The notes under the pieces were generated by a model, which saw nothing but the letters and a program-made list of their open reading frames with translations, made no database searches and had not been told where the DNA came from. DNA of 64,000 nucleotides. Source: Eledone cirrhosa. Taxonomy: Eukaryota. This document shows positions 24,109 to 37,628 of the stretch, piece after piece. Position 1 is the first letter of the stretch, and every line of letters starts with the position of its first letter. The stretch covers positions 35,216,001-35,280,000 of the forward strand of contig OZ024759.1 in the NCBI GenBank assembly GCA_964016885.1. The letters run 5' to 3'. A program made the translations under genes and the position numbers.

Positions 24109-27062
24109 ATATATAGCAATGAGTTTTCTCGTATATATATATATATATATATATGTCTGTGTGTGTGTGTATATATATGTGTGTGTGTCTCTGTGTGTAT
24201 ATAGATATATGCCTGTGAGTGTGTGTATATATGCCTGTGTGTGTATATATATATATAGCGATGAGTTGTCTCGTATATATATATATATATGTCTGTGTGT
24301 GTATATATTTATATGCCTATGAGTGAGTGTGTGTATATATATGCCTCTGTGTGTGTGTGTATATATATATATATAGCGATGAGTTGTCTCGTATATATAT
24401 ATATGAAAGCAAAGAACACAAAATATAACTACTCCATTACCAAATGGATCTCAGACAATAATAGAACAAGTGTGGATCGTCAGACAGAGATGTTATCTTA
24501 TTTGCCAACTTAATATAGAAATACGCTAAATTCTATTTGATATGACCGAGAAATGTGTGAGGTGACATTACATTGGAAATACAACGTGGAGGTGGGGCAG
24601 CAGCTAAACAAAACTATATATATATATATATACACGATATATTAACAAATGGAACTACATATATATATATATATATATTTATATATGTGTGTGTGTGTGT
24701 AAGATTGAAGAATAACATGGTCAGCTGTACAAAAAGGTTTTATTTCTAGTATTATCAAAAGTTTCATTGATCAGGTGAGTCTAAAGGCCGCTAATCACTC
24801 GACCTTAAAGACAGTGTTTACCTCTGATCAGAGGTAAACACTGTATTTAAGGTCGACTGAGGCAACTTCGAGTGATTAGCGACCTTCTGACTCACCTGGT
24901 CAATGAAACAATTGTTAATACTAGAAATAAAACCCTTTTTGTACAGCCGACCATCTTATTCTTCAATCTTCCACTACTATTAGTCACAACCTCTAACTGG
25001 ATCACCTATAACGATAACTTGTTATCCCATATATATATATATATGTATGTGTATACAATAGGGGGTAACTACAGGATTTCCTTTGTTATACTTTGTTTTG
25101 TGTGTGTGTATATATATATATATATCATTATTCAAGAGTACTTGATACTTGGGATAGTAAAGTGTGACTCTGCCAGTATATTCATATATACTTATGTATA
25201 TCGAAACACACACATATACATACATGCCCACTTCTATATATGAATGTGTATACATATATAGTGATTGCTTAATCTTTGCAAATGATTGCCGTTTTCCTAT
25301 GCAACCCCTAGTATTGATGTACCCAGATTTAGAGAGCAGTAGAACAACCACACACTTCACAACTCCAGCTCCCTATGTTCTTATTGATAATAAGAGAAAT
25401 AAAGAAGATAATAAAAATGTAGCTGTATATAGAGAAGGTATGTGTCTAGTGAAGAATGTGTATATGTCTCTAAAATGGAAAGGTGTAGATCGAATTATGT
25501 CAATAAAGAAAATATATGTAAAAAGAGGTTTAGTTTCTACGAATAAAATGTACATATTGATATGGTGTGTGTAGAGAGTTATATTGTATACAAAGAAAAC
25601 ATTACATACCTCTTTAAATGAACGTAATATCCAAGATGATCTTTTTCAAAGAACCGGAAGTCAATCGAAAATAATGCAACAGAAGAGTTCCATAAAGGGG
25701 AAATAATTTTAATAAAAAAACGATTGCTTGCGTTGTCCAGCATATAATCAACCTGGAAATAGTCCTGGTTGCCGAGGTTGAGTGCCCTCGCAAAGATTCG
25801 ATCTTCCGACACACAGAATGTCAGGCCATACTTAAGTAGGCGAACAAGTCCGAACCGCTACGTGTGTTGCCACGCGAGGCCATAAGTTTGCGGAGTAAAT
25901 TAGTCATACTTATAGGTAAAATTTTATTTATATCGAAACGGAAAGAAAGCGAGATAACACGTCTTAAAATATATTCTGTGTTACCTTACTCTCATTCAGT
26001 TTCTATATATATATTAATTTTGAAACTACTAGTATTTTGTACAAATATACAATTAATATGTAAGTAGATATACTTGTTTCTGGAAATAAAAAATGCACTC
26101 TCAGAGTACCAGACTCTCCCTATCCATGGATAGGATTAAATCTCTATTTAGTGTACTGGAGCAACATGAAATAAAGGTTTTTCTTTTAAAAGAACACTTT
26201 TGGCTGCTAACTACACAGAAAGAAGTATACAACAGATTCCTTCCAGAGAAGGATAGGATAGAAAGTGAGGAAGAGATATAGAGGAAGAATCGTCCTCAGT
26301 ACTAGACTGGTACTTTTTTTTTTTATCGAACTCAAATGGATGAAATGCAAAGTTGGACTCATTGAGCCGAAACAAATACTGCAAACCATTCTATCGACTC
26401 TTTCAATTTGCCACCAAATACTTGGTTCTCACACATTCTAAACCAAATAAGGACACTTATGACAATGTAGTCTTAGATACGCATATAAACACAGGATGGT
26501 CACAGCTGGAAATGTTTTAAAAGTCTACATTTGAGGTTATGACATTGTCAGGGAGTTCCATAGAGCTAACATTCTGGACAGGATGGATTAAAGGGAACTG
26601 ATTCTACCAGGACTGGAGCAATGTTTAAACATATTTTCAATGGGTCAAGCCAGATAGACAGGTGGAAACCAATAAGTATATATATATATATATATACAGT
26701 AGTTAGTGACCATATAGTCAGAGCTAGAAGAACCCCACAATAGAAGCCAACCTAGAGGAAACGAGTATGGAAGTTAAAAGACCCATCAAATAGTAACAAT
26801 TATATAAGTATGTTGACCAACGCCTTCGACAGCAACGAAGAGCGAATAGAGAGGAGCAATGGGAGTTCCTGAAACATTAGGATATCAATGATGCTGAAAA
26901 AAAGGTAGCATGGAAGTGCCATTATGAAAGATTACTGAATGAGAAGAAGAAAGTTTGTCACATATCGACCCAAGAGAGGGACCAGCTGTAGAAGTTGGTT
27001 GACCAGGTCATGAAGGTGACAGAGTTATAGCACAGCTGATTAGGAACCAAATTAAATTAGAT
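18225..27062. repeat. Giant palindrome 2: arm C 18225-22502 (+), 37-bp hairpin spacer 22503-22539, arm D 22540-27062 (-)
   Basis: Direct reverse-complement matching; same unit as palindrome 1; ORF pairs 19472+/25579-, 21845+/22985-. Confidence 0.95.
22329..22714. other. GC-rich multi-hairpin core of palindrome 2, axis at 22521; central spacer inverted relative to core 1
   Basis: 22503-22539 is the exact reverse complement of 12179-12215. Confidence 0.9.
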
Positions 27063-27316
27063 ATCAAACATTTCTAAGGCCCCGCTGAAATGTCATGATG
27101 GAGACACAGTAAAACATATAGAACAGCAGCTATGGGAAACTGATTAATGTATATTTATGGTAATGTAAGGTGTAACAATACATCACAAATTCCTAAAATA
27201 ATGAGGAATTGCAAGTGTATATCTATATAAACAACATTGGTGAAGGTAAGTAATTCGGAGTAAATATATTTCTATTATGAATTTTAGTGAAATTCTAAAA
27301 TTACAAAAAATTACTA

Positions 27317-28495
27317 TGGTAAGGGCACCCTGCTGTAGAAACCAGCTATGGCTGGATACCCTTCCTAACACCAACCACATTTACAGTGTGGACTGTGCGC
27401 TGCTTGTCATGACATCAAAACAACTTCACAATGTGAACTGGGCACTTTTGTTGCGTCCCTTCACAGGTTGGGCTGAGGGATTTTGTTGTGTCACTTCCAC
27501 TTTACCGGGTGTAATTGTGCAAGGTCTGCTTTTATCACCTCATCTCAATGGAAACTGTTGATTATTTCTACAGAGCCCTCTGGGCATTTGAAGGAGCTAG
27601 TATTCTGTGAGCTCTTGTTACTTAATGCACCTAACCTATCAGAGATCCCACTACCCATAGTTTGCATTTGGAACATAGGAAGAAATTTCAACCTACTTCT
27701 TTCCTGCACACTGAGCAAGGCGATTTCCCAGTGGGAATCTGGGCCCTATTTTCCTTTCCACGTACAAGGACTTTTATCTTTAACCTGATGACTTCAAGAC
27801 CTTTTGATTCTAGGCCTTGCTTCCATGTTTGGAATTTCTTCTCTAGTTCTACCATAGATTCAGCTATAAGGGTTAAATCACCTGCGTACAGAAGTTCCCA
27901 TGAGGAACCAGTCTTAAACTCTTCTGTTATAGACTGCAGGGCGATAATAAACAGGAGAGGGCTAAAAACGGAGCCCTGATGGACACCAACCTTCACTATA
28001 GTCATTGTTAATTCTAACCTTGCTGACTGTTCCTCTATACATGGCTGGAACAGCCTTCACAAGCCACTCATCTATTCTTAGTTTTCTAAGAGCTCACCAG
28101 ATAATGGAACAGGGGACTTTGTTAAAAGAATTCTCCAGGTCAACAAATGCCAAGTAGAGGGGTTTACCTTTCAACTAGGTACTTATCCAGCAGTTGGCTC
28201 GAACAGAAGATGGCATCTGTGGTACTTTTACCTGCCACAAATCCAAACTGCATCACATCTAGTTTAATTTGGTCCCTAATCAACTGTGCTATAACTCTTT
28301 CTGTGACCTACATCACCTGGTCAACCAACTTGATGCCTCTATAGTTTCTTGGTCTAGAGTATCTCCGTTGCCCTTGTAGAAGTTGACGACGATACTGCTA
28401 CACCAATCATTGGGTATAGCACCATTTTGTAGGGTGGCTATCATGTGTCCCACCATCCCAGACACTATCCCCGAAGGTCCAGCTGCCTTGCCTTA
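27317..28495 (-). mobile_element. Degenerate RTE LINE (RT plus 3' UTR)
   Basis: KVGVHQGSVFSPLLFIIALQSITEEFKTGSSWELLYAGD..., same family as 15640-17983. Confidence 0.9.
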
Positions 28496-28919
28496 TTTAC
28501 TATACTACTACATCCAGTCCCTCTGTTCAGTTTACTTGGGGAAAACTATGTGTTACAATAATGATGTATTTAACCTGGCCAGAATTCTCTCTTTCCGTTT
28601 GAACCTGCTGTTCATACTTATGTTAAGGTATTGTTCTCAAAATAAATATTAAATCTCAAAGATTAGATATTATGTGAAATAAAGTGTTTACTGTCAAAAT
28701 ACAATAGTATATATAGAGCAATGTAAATGCTAAAGGGTTAAGATGGTTTTATCTTAAATCAATAGAGTACAATATGAGAAAGATGTATTTAAGACTATAT
28801 TGTCTAATGTCCTTCTAAAATATTGGTAGGTGATATAAGAAAGATATGTTGAAGACTGTATTGTCTAATGTCCTTTTAGAATAGTAATGTGTGTTTAACA
28901 ATATTATCTAATATGTCAC

Positions 28920-29950
28920 AAATTCCACTTTCTGGACACTTTGTCTACTTACATCAGAGTCAACTTTCCCGGCTAAGAACAGGGTCCTATCCACTCCCAT
29001 ATGATGCATGGTATGCAACCTCCTCCACTCTGAGTCACACAGCTGACATGTTCACAGCCTCCATCTCAGGGCGTCGATGTGGTTACAGTCCTTTCTTCCT
29101 GAGTCAGGCTGCGACCTCAACACCACCTATTACTAGAGTCAGCCCCTAGCGCTATGCTGCTGATATCATACCATACGGTCTCATTCTCCAATTTTGGGAC
29201 CTATCAGCTTCCTCGTACTGGGTCATCTGCCTTTACCCTCTCCTACCCAGCTCACCCTGTCCTGATGGTGGCCCACCAATTTCCCACACATTGTCCATGT
29301 GAGTGCCCAGTTTCAGGACTTCATTTCACCTCCCAAATACCAGTGTGTCCATCTTTTCTCTTTGCAGCTTCAGTCCCAGTGCAACTCCTCCCTCCATCGC
29401 CTTTGGTGGTTAACCCGAACATTCCTAAGTGGCCTGCTCACTTACATCGATACCAAATTATATCTGACTTCGGCTCTCTTCAGTTCCTTGCCATGTGTTA
29501 ACCCTGGAACACTAGTCTCTGAATATCCGCTGCCGAGTGTTCACAGAGACTTTTGTCAATCGCTGTCGACTGCTAGCATTGCAACATTCCACTCTATGCC
29601 TCGTGTCACTACACGGACCTGTGTGATTAGCTGGCTCGTGGTCATTTTTCTGTTGGAGCTTCACCGACCCCATCTCCACAGCCCTATCAAGGTTTTCCCC
29701 TGTCAACTCTGCTAGGGTAACCAACCACCGTATTTCTGCTGTAGATACCTCCACCTGCTCTCTCACCAATCTCACCTTGCCTAGCTTGGCGAAAGCAGCA
29801 TAAGGCCCCTCAGTGAATACTTCCTTAAGTCATTCTATTTGAAGATGGGCCGAACTGTAGCTACGCAACTGAATAACATCTACATGCGGTGCCAGCAAAG
29901 TGGTAGCCTTTCACTGCTAAACATAGCAGCTATATCTCCCTCAAATTACA
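28920..29950 (-). mobile_element. Degenerate Gypsy-like gag(-protease) remnant
   Basis: Reverse strand reads LKEVFTEGPYAAFAKLGKVRLVREQVEVSTAEIRWLVTLAELTGENLDRAV with stops and frameshifts; recognition by recall only. Confidence 0.45.
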
Positions 29951-30238
29951 CTCTACTCTATATTCTGTTAAATACTGACGTATTACAACATGTAATTCTA
30001 GACAGAAATACTAAACAACACGAGATACACCCGGTTGGAATATCTATGAACAAAAATGAACTTCGTTAGTCTGACATGACAGACCAAGAAATGAATTTCT
30101 ATGAGAAAAATAATATTACACCCGGCACCACCCCACAAAAACACACTATAAATAAATGTTATCAAAGACGCTAGACAAATACCACCATATGAAAACAAGG
30201 GTAAAAATAAATTACATGAACTAACATTTGTATTCAAG

Positions 30239-31945
30239 AAGTTGTTGGTGGCTGGGGTAGCTGACAACAAACTTCTATAGTTGTTGGTGGCTGGGGTAGC
30301 TGACAACAAACTTCTATAGTTGTTGGTGGCTGGGGTAGCTGACAACAAACTTCTATAGTTGTTAGTGGCTGGGGTAGCTGTAGTTGTTGGTGGCTGGGGT
30401 AGCTGACAACAAACTTCTATAGTTGTTGGTGGCTGGGGTAGCTGACAACAAACTTCTATAGTTGTTGGTGGCTGGGGTAGCTGACAACAAACTTCTATAG
30501 TTGTTGGTGGCTGGGGTAGCTGACAACAAACTTCTATAGTTGTTGGTGGCTGGGGTAGCTGACAACAAACTTCTATAGTTGTTGGTGGCTGGGGTAGCTG
30601 ACAACAAACTTCTATAGTTGTTAGTGGCTGGGGTAGCTGTAGTTGTTGGTGGCTGGGGTAGCTGACAACAAACTTCTATAGTTGTTGGTGGCTGGGGTAG
30701 CTGTAGTTGTTGGTGGCTGGGGTAGCTGACAACAAACTTCTATAGTTGTTGGTGGCTGGGGTAGCTGACAACAAACTTCTATAGTTGTTGGTGGCTGGGG
30801 TAGCTGACAACAAACTTCTATAGTTGTTGGTGGCTGGGGTAGCTGACAACAAACTTCTATAGTTGTTGGTGGCTGGGGTAGCTGACAACAAACTTCTATA
30901 GTTGTTAGTGGCTGGGGTAGCTGTAGTTGTTGGTGGCTGGGGTAGCTGACAACAAACTTCTATAGTTGTTGGTGGCTGGGGTAGCTGACAACAAACTTCT
31001 ATAGTTGTTGGTGGCTGGGGTAGCTGACAACAAACTTCTATAGTTGTTAGTGGCTGGGGTAGCTGTAGTTGTTGGTGGCTGGGGTAGCTGACAACAAACT
31101 TCTATAGTTGTTGGTGGCTGGGGTAGCTGTAGTTGTTGGTGGCTGGGGTAGCTGACAACAAACTTCTATAGTTGTTGGTGGCTGGGGTAGCTGACAACAA
31201 ACTTCTATAGTTGTTAGTGGCTGGGGTAGCTGACAACAAACTTCTATAGTTGTTGGTGGCTGGGGTAGCTGACAACAAACTTCTATAGTTGTTGGTGGCT
31301 GGGGTAGCTGACAACAAACTTCTATAGTTGTTAGTGGCTGGGGTAGCTGACAACAAACTTCTATAGTTGTTGGTGGCTGGGGTAGCTGACAACAAACTTC
31401 TATAGTTGTTGGTGGCTGGGGTAGCTGACAACAAACTTCTATAGTTGTTGGTGGCTGGGGTAGCTGACAACAAACTTCTATAGTTGTTAGTGGCTGGGGT
31501 AGCTGACAACAAACTTCTATAGTTGTTGGTGGCTGGGGTAGCTGTAGTTGTTGGTGGCTGGGGTAGCTGACAACAAACTTCTATAGTTGTTGGTGGCTGG
31601 GGTAGCTGACAACAAACTTCTATAGTTGTTGGTGGCTGGGGTAGCTGACAACAAACTTCTATAGTTGTTGGTGGCTGGGGTAGCTGTAGTTGTTGGTGGC
31701 TGGGGTAGCTGTAGTTGTTGGTGGCTGGGGTAGCTGACAACAAACTTCTATAGTTGTTAGTGGCTGGGGTAGCTGTAGTTGTTGGTGGCTGGGGTAGCTG
31801 ACAACAAACTTCTATAGTTGTTGGTGGCTGGGGTAGCTGTAGTTGTTGGTGGCTGGGGTAGCTGACAACAAACTTCTATAGTTGTTGGTGGCTGGGGTAG
31901 CTGTAGTTGTTGGTGGCTGGGGTAGCTGTAGTTGTTGGTGGCTCC
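30239..31945. repeat. Minisatellite of 39-bp units GTTGTTGGTGGCTGGGGTAGCTGACAACAAACTTCTATA with interspersed 25-bp variants
   Basis: Near-identical direct tandem units. Confidence 0.97.
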
Positions 31946-32635
31946 TTTTACTGAAATATTACACAATACTAATAAATGTACATGAATATTACAGCACCTT
32001 AGCTTCACTATTACCTGCGACAATGTCGTGAATGTTTTGGCTTACCATTAAAAATATTTAGAGGGAAACAGCAATATTTTCTGCTACAATGTGTAATTGG
32101 AGGTGTGTATGTCTTGTCACGTTTGATTGAGAATTTTTACCTTTCCTTATTTCTATAATTAATTTCTCTCTCTATATATATATATATATATACTTATACA
32201 TATATTCATTTATAAATCATATTGGACGTTGAAATAGTTAATAAAATATAGAAAATAAAGTTTAATTTGGTAATAATTACGTGAATTTCAAATTTCAAAA
32301 TAGCACTAGTTACCTTTCAAAGTTAGCCACGCATTCTCAGTCACGTTTTCGTATTTTCGCAGTGAAATTTTTTTTAGTATAATTAGTATGGAATAAAGTT
32401 TATTAAACATATTTTTATTTAATTATATAATTTTTGCAATAGAAAATAATAAAATAAAGTAAAGAAAGTGAGGGAGCTGCCAATCCTAGACAGTGGTGGC
32501 CATAACTGGACCCCGAAACCAAAGGTTGCACATACATGAAAACTGTATGAAATTTTAAGTATACTATATATATATATATAACGAAGGAAGTGTGGTAAGG
32601 AACCAGGTGGACCATAACGTACCAGAGAACTCGAT

Positions 32636-32706
<71 letters not shown>

Positions 32707-32807
32707 TTAGCGAGAATCGCATTTCGGCGGGTAGAAATTAGCGAAACGCAACTTCCGTATTGTGCAGACAAGCGCTCCATGGATATGGAGATACCAGCGC
32801 TAAAAAC

Positions 32808-32961
32808 ATAAGTTAAAATGGTCATACAAACTGAGACGATGGTTAAAAAGCCATTAACCACCTTAGCCAAAAAAGTGAACAAGCTAAACGGGTCAAACAA
32901 ATAAGGTGGTTAATGGCTTCTTAACCATCGTCTCAGTTTGTATGACCATTTTAACTTATGT
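32808..32961. repeat. Inverted repeat, ~59-bp arms, within a dispersed repeat (relative at ~41945-42140)
   Basis: ACATAAGTTAAAATGGTCATACAAACTGAGACGATGGTTAA... mirrored. Confidence 0.8.
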
Positions 32962-33080
32962 ATATATATATAGTAATAATAATAAATTTTAAGACTAAAA
33001 TCCAAAGAGGGCTCAATAAGGATAAATATATATCAAATATATAAGAACCGTAGAGCTAATATTTATTAAAATAACAGATT

Positions 33081-33166
33081 AAATTTTAAGCAAAGAATCG
33101 CTGCTTTCACCCTTAACGGGATCTTCAGAAACTCGTTTCAGAAGATCCCGTTAAGGGTGAAAGCAG
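33081..33166 (-). ncRNA. Degenerate hammerhead motif in a short palindrome
   Basis: Minus strand GAGTTT-CTGAAGA-TCCCGTTAAGGGT-GAAA-GCA..TGC-TT(A)-AAATTT; register at the cleavage site is imperfect. Confidence 0.45.
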
Positions 33167-33644
33167 ATATTTATATCTGTCTTCAGTCGTCAGAATGAAT
33201 AAATAACATGGTGTTTTTATTAAATATGGATTTGAAAACAAAATTTAGGAAATATGAAAGTGAGGCTGAAAAAACGGGCCAAAGGGGTTTAGGGAAAAAA
33301 GAAATATATAAATATATATCCAGAACATAAACATACACACACTCAATAAGCTAACTAATAAGCTCTGTAGCCTACATAGAGCACTCTTTTTTCCTGTCCC
33401 TTTCCGACGGAAATACTTCACATATATATATGTATATGTTATCAACTTTACACATGTCCGACTGGTGAAGGTATACACAGGTATTATCTCCCTCTCTATT
33501 TATCTATAACCCCTCTCTCTATAACCCCTCTCACTCACTCTCTCTATCTATAGCCCCTTTCTCTCTCCCTCTCCATGTTACTTCACACACGAGTGTCTTA
33601 CGGGTAAAAGTATGGAAAAATATACAGATATATAGAAAGATGGC

Positions 33645-36235
33645 TATCTAAAGTTAGGGTAACACAGAGCTAGCTATGTAAAGTTGGGGTAACAGAGCTA
33701 GCTATGTAAAGTTGGGGTAACAGAGTTAGCTATCTAAAGTTAGGTTTAACAGAGCTAGCTATGTAAAGTTAGGTTTAACAGAGCTAGCTATGTAAAGTTG
33801 GGTTAACAGAGCTAGCTATCTAAAGTTAGGTTTAACAGAGCTAGCTATCTAAAGTTAGGTTTAACAGAGCTAGCTATGTAAAGTTGGGGTAGCACAGAGC
33901 TAGCTATGTAAAGTTGGGGTAGCACAGAGCTAGCTATGTAAAGTTGGGGTAACAGAGCTAGCTATGTAAAGTTGGGTTAACAGAGCTAGCTATGTAAAGT
34001 GGGGGTAACAGAGCTAGCTATGTAAAGTTGGGGTAGCACAGAGCTAGCTATGTAAAGTTGGGTTAACAGAGCTAGCTATGTAAAGTGGGGGTAACAGAGC
34101 TAGCTATGTAAAGTTGGGGTAACACAGAGCTAGCTATGTAAAGATGGGTTAACAGAGCTAGCTATGTAAAGTTGGGGTAACAGAGCTAGCTATGTAAAGA
34201 TGGGTTAACAGAGCTAGCTATCTAAAGTTAGGTTTAACAGAGCTAGCTATGTAAAGTTGGGGTAACAGAGCTAGCTATGTAAAGTTGGGGTAACAGAGAG
34301 CTAGCTATGTAAAGTTGGGGTAACACAGAGCTAGCTATGTAAAGATGGGTAACAGAGCTAGCTATGTAAAGTTGGGGTAACAGAGCTAGCTATGTAAAGA
34401 TGGGTTAACAGAGCTAGCTATGTAAAGTTGGGGTAACAGAGCTAGCTATGTAAAGTTGGGGTAACAGAGCTAGCTATGTAAAGTTGGGGTAACAGAGCTA
34501 GCTATGTAAAGTTAGGTTTAACAGAGCTAGCTATGTAAAGTTGGGGTAACAGAGAGCTAGCTATGTAAAGTTGGGGTAACAGAGTTAGCTATGTAAAGTT
34601 GGGGTAACACAGAGCTAGCTATGTAAAGATGGGTAACAGAGCTAGCTATGTAAAGTTGGGGTAACAGAGCTAGCTATGTAAAGTTGGGGTAACAGAGCTA
34701 GCTATGTAAAGTTGGGGTAACAGAGCTAGCTATGTAAAGTTGGGGTAACAGAGCTAGCTATGTAAAGTTAGGTTTAACAGAGCTAGCTATGTAAAGTTGG
34801 GGTAACAGAGAGCTAGCTATGTAAAGTTGGGGTAACAGAGTTAGCTATGTAAAGTTGGGGTAACAGAGAGCTAGCTATGTAAAGTTGGGGTAACACAGAG
34901 CTAGCTATGTAAAGATGGGGTAACACAGAGCTAGCTATGTAAAGATGGGTAACAGAGCTAGCTATGTAAAGTTGGGGTAACACAGAGCTAGCTATGTAAA
35001 GATGGGTTAACAGAGCTAGCTATGTAAAGTTGGGGTAACAGAGCTAGCTATGTAAAGTTGGGGTAACACAGAGCTAGCTATGTAAAGTTGGGGTAGCACA
35101 GAGCTAGCTATGTAAAGATGGGTTAACAGAGCTAGCTATGTAAAGTTGGGGTAACAGAGAGCTAGCTATGTAAAGTTGGGGTAACAGAGAGCTGGCTATG
35201 TAAAGTTGGGGTAGCACAGAGCTAGCTATGTAAAGTTGTGTTAACAGAGCTAGCTATGTAAAGTTGGGGTAACAGAGCTAGCTATGTAAAGTTGGGTTAA
35301 CAGAGCTAGCTATGTAAAGTGGGGGTAACAGAGCTAGCTATGTAAAGTTGGGGTAACAGAGAGCTAGCTATGTAAAGTTGGGGTAACAGAGAGCTGGCTA
35401 TGTAAAGATGGGTAACAGAGCTAGCTATGTAAAGATGGGTAACAGAGCTAGCTATGTAAAGTTGGGGTAACAGAGCTAGCTATGTAAAGTTGGGGTAACG
35501 GAGAGCTAGCTATGTAAAGTTGGGGTAACAGAGAGCTGGCTATGTAAAGATGGGTAACAGAGCTAGCTATGTAAAGATGGGTAACAGAGCTAGCTATGTA
35601 AAGTTGGGGTAACACAGAGCTAGCTATGTAAAGATGGGTAACAGAGCTAGCTATGTAAAGTTGGGGTAACACAGAGCTAGCTATGTAAAGATGGGTTAAC
35701 AGAGCTAGCTATGTAAAGTTGGGGTAACAGAGCTAGCTATGTAAAGTTGGGGTAACACAGAGCTAGCTATGTAAAGTTGGGGTAGCACAGAGCTAGCTAT
35801 GTAAAGATGGGTTAACAGAGCTAGCTATGTAAAGTTGGGGTAGCACAGAGCTAGCTATGTAAAGTTGGGTTAACAGAGCTAGCTATGTAAAGTGGGGGTA
35901 ACAGAGCTAGCTATGTAAAGTTGGGGTAACACAGAGCTAGCTATGTAAAGATGGGTTAACAGAGTTAGCTATGTAAAGTTGGGGTAACAGAGCTAGCTAT
36001 GTAAAGATGGGTAACAGAGCTAGCTATGTAAAGTTGGGGTAACACAGAGCTAGCTATGTAAAGTTGGGGTAACACAGAGCTAGCTATGTAAAGTTGGGTT
36101 AACAGAGCTAGCTATGTAAAGTTGGGGTAACACAGAGCTAGCTATGTAAAGTTGGGTTAACAGAGCTAGCTATGTAAAGTTGGGGTAACACAGAGCTAGC
36201 TATGTAAAGATGGGTTAACAGAGCTAGCTATGTAA
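33645..36235. repeat. ~27-30 bp minisatellite AGAGCTAGCTATGTAAAGTTGGGGTAAC
   Basis: Direct tandem units, each containing the dyad AGCTAGCT. Confidence 0.97.
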
Positions 36236-36509
36236 GACAGAATGAGAGAGAGAGAGAGATCTGGCGACGGAGAGAGAAAGAGAGAGGGTGTCTAAAGATA
36301 TCAGACAACGGTGACGGGAGAGAGGCGTGTTTTTACAGTGAAAAATTAACATTACTTCCGGTTTATCGATTTGTTAAGAAACGTATAGGATCAAGGTCTT
36401 TTTATAGAGGGAGGGGGGAGAATGTAGACAGAGCGGGAGAGGAAGACAGGTGTAGAGAGAGGGAAAGAGGTTATAGAGAGAGAGTCGGGGTTAGAGTGAG
36501 AAGTTTGTA

Positions 36510-37140
36510 GAGAGGGTGTATGAGACATATTGGTCCACATGACATGGCTGATACATGAGGAACTTGCTCAGGGGAAAGGAACACGAAATAAACAAAACAA
36601 AAAAAAAGATTCAAGAATGCATTGAAGGAAAACTTGAAGAATGTCTGAATTGACCTCAGAAAACTGGAAAATCTCGTAGTGGATCGCTCTACCTGGCATG
36701 GTGTGACAATGTGGCATGGTGTGACAATGTGGCATGGTGTGACAATATGGCATGGTGTGACAATATGGCATGGTGTGACAACCTTTGAGAAAACCAGAAT
36801 AACACAAGTAAATATTTAGAGGAAGATAAGAAAATAACAGCCACGGAAATATGAAATTAATTGAAATTTCTCTACCTGTACAGTTTGTGGCAGTATCTAG
36901 CTGTCAGGGGCTGCACTTGAAAGGCACTCTCTACTGACTAGAAAATACATACCAATTCACCCCTATCACTGCCACAAGACCTGAAAATCTCAAGGAGGTC
37001 TAAAGAGATATATCAAGGTTTATCAAGATACACTAGCAGTCCAAGCTGCACCAAAACTAATATGCAGTTTTGTGGACAGATTTTTAAAAGTATGTCTGGT
37101 CTAAAAAGCTAGGCAAGATCTTATGCCAGAACTGAGCATC
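36510..37140 (+). mobile_element. Degenerate RTE/BovB-type 3' fragment with C-terminal zinc-finger remnants
   Basis: RFKNALKENLK..IDLRKLENLVVDRSTW, CTVCG, CSFCGQIFKSMSGLKS; internal 18-bp tandem repeat. Confidence 0.55.
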
Positions 37141-37283
37141 GCAAATACTAGAGTGGTCAAGCTTTGTATTGAGCTGACAACCAGTATATATATATATATA
37201 AGTTATCCCGGGTTCAATCGGGGGTAACCACAGTAAGTAAGGTACTCAATACAGTGCAGAGTATAAATGTGTAATATAGAAAA

Positions 37284-37378
37284 GCTTCTACTGGACTAGA
37301 ACTGTTTCATTCGTGAGAAATCATCAGGAAGCCTCCTGATGATTTCTCACGAATGAAACAGTTCTAGTCCAGTAGAAG
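37284..37378. ncRNA. Head-to-head pair of family-1 hammerhead motifs
   Basis: Minus 37284-37333 GGCTTC-CTGATGA-TTTCTCACGAAT-GAAA-CAG..CAG-TA-GAAGC; truncated plus-strand copy follows. Confidence 0.7.
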
Positions 37379-37392
37379 AAGCTTTCCTATAT

Positions 37393-37487
<95 letters not shown>

Positions 37488-37628
37488 GGCAATTACGAAG
37501 GAAAAGCAAAGGAAAAAGAGTGCTCTGTGTATAGAACAGAGCTATATAATTAGAAAGTGAACAACAGAATATATAATTACTCCATTAACAAAGGTTTCTG
37601 GATTACAGACAATAATAATTGATAACAT

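Noticed and set aside
7905-27062. Whole structure as a pure sequencing fold-back artefact
   Set aside because: Arms differ by substitutions, microsatellite organisation and a TSD-flanked LINE. An artefact is not fully excluded without reads, but it is not the simplest reading.
7905-27062. Endogenous parvovirus, Maverick or autonomous foldback transposon
   Set aside because: No NS1/Rep, capsid, polymerase B, integrase or transposase coding sequence is visible in the unit
30239-36235. Regular 39-bp and 28-bp repeat arrays as CRISPR or telomeric repeats
   Set aside because: No unique spacers, no cas genes, eukaryotic context; GGGG/TTAGG-like words are not tandem telomere units
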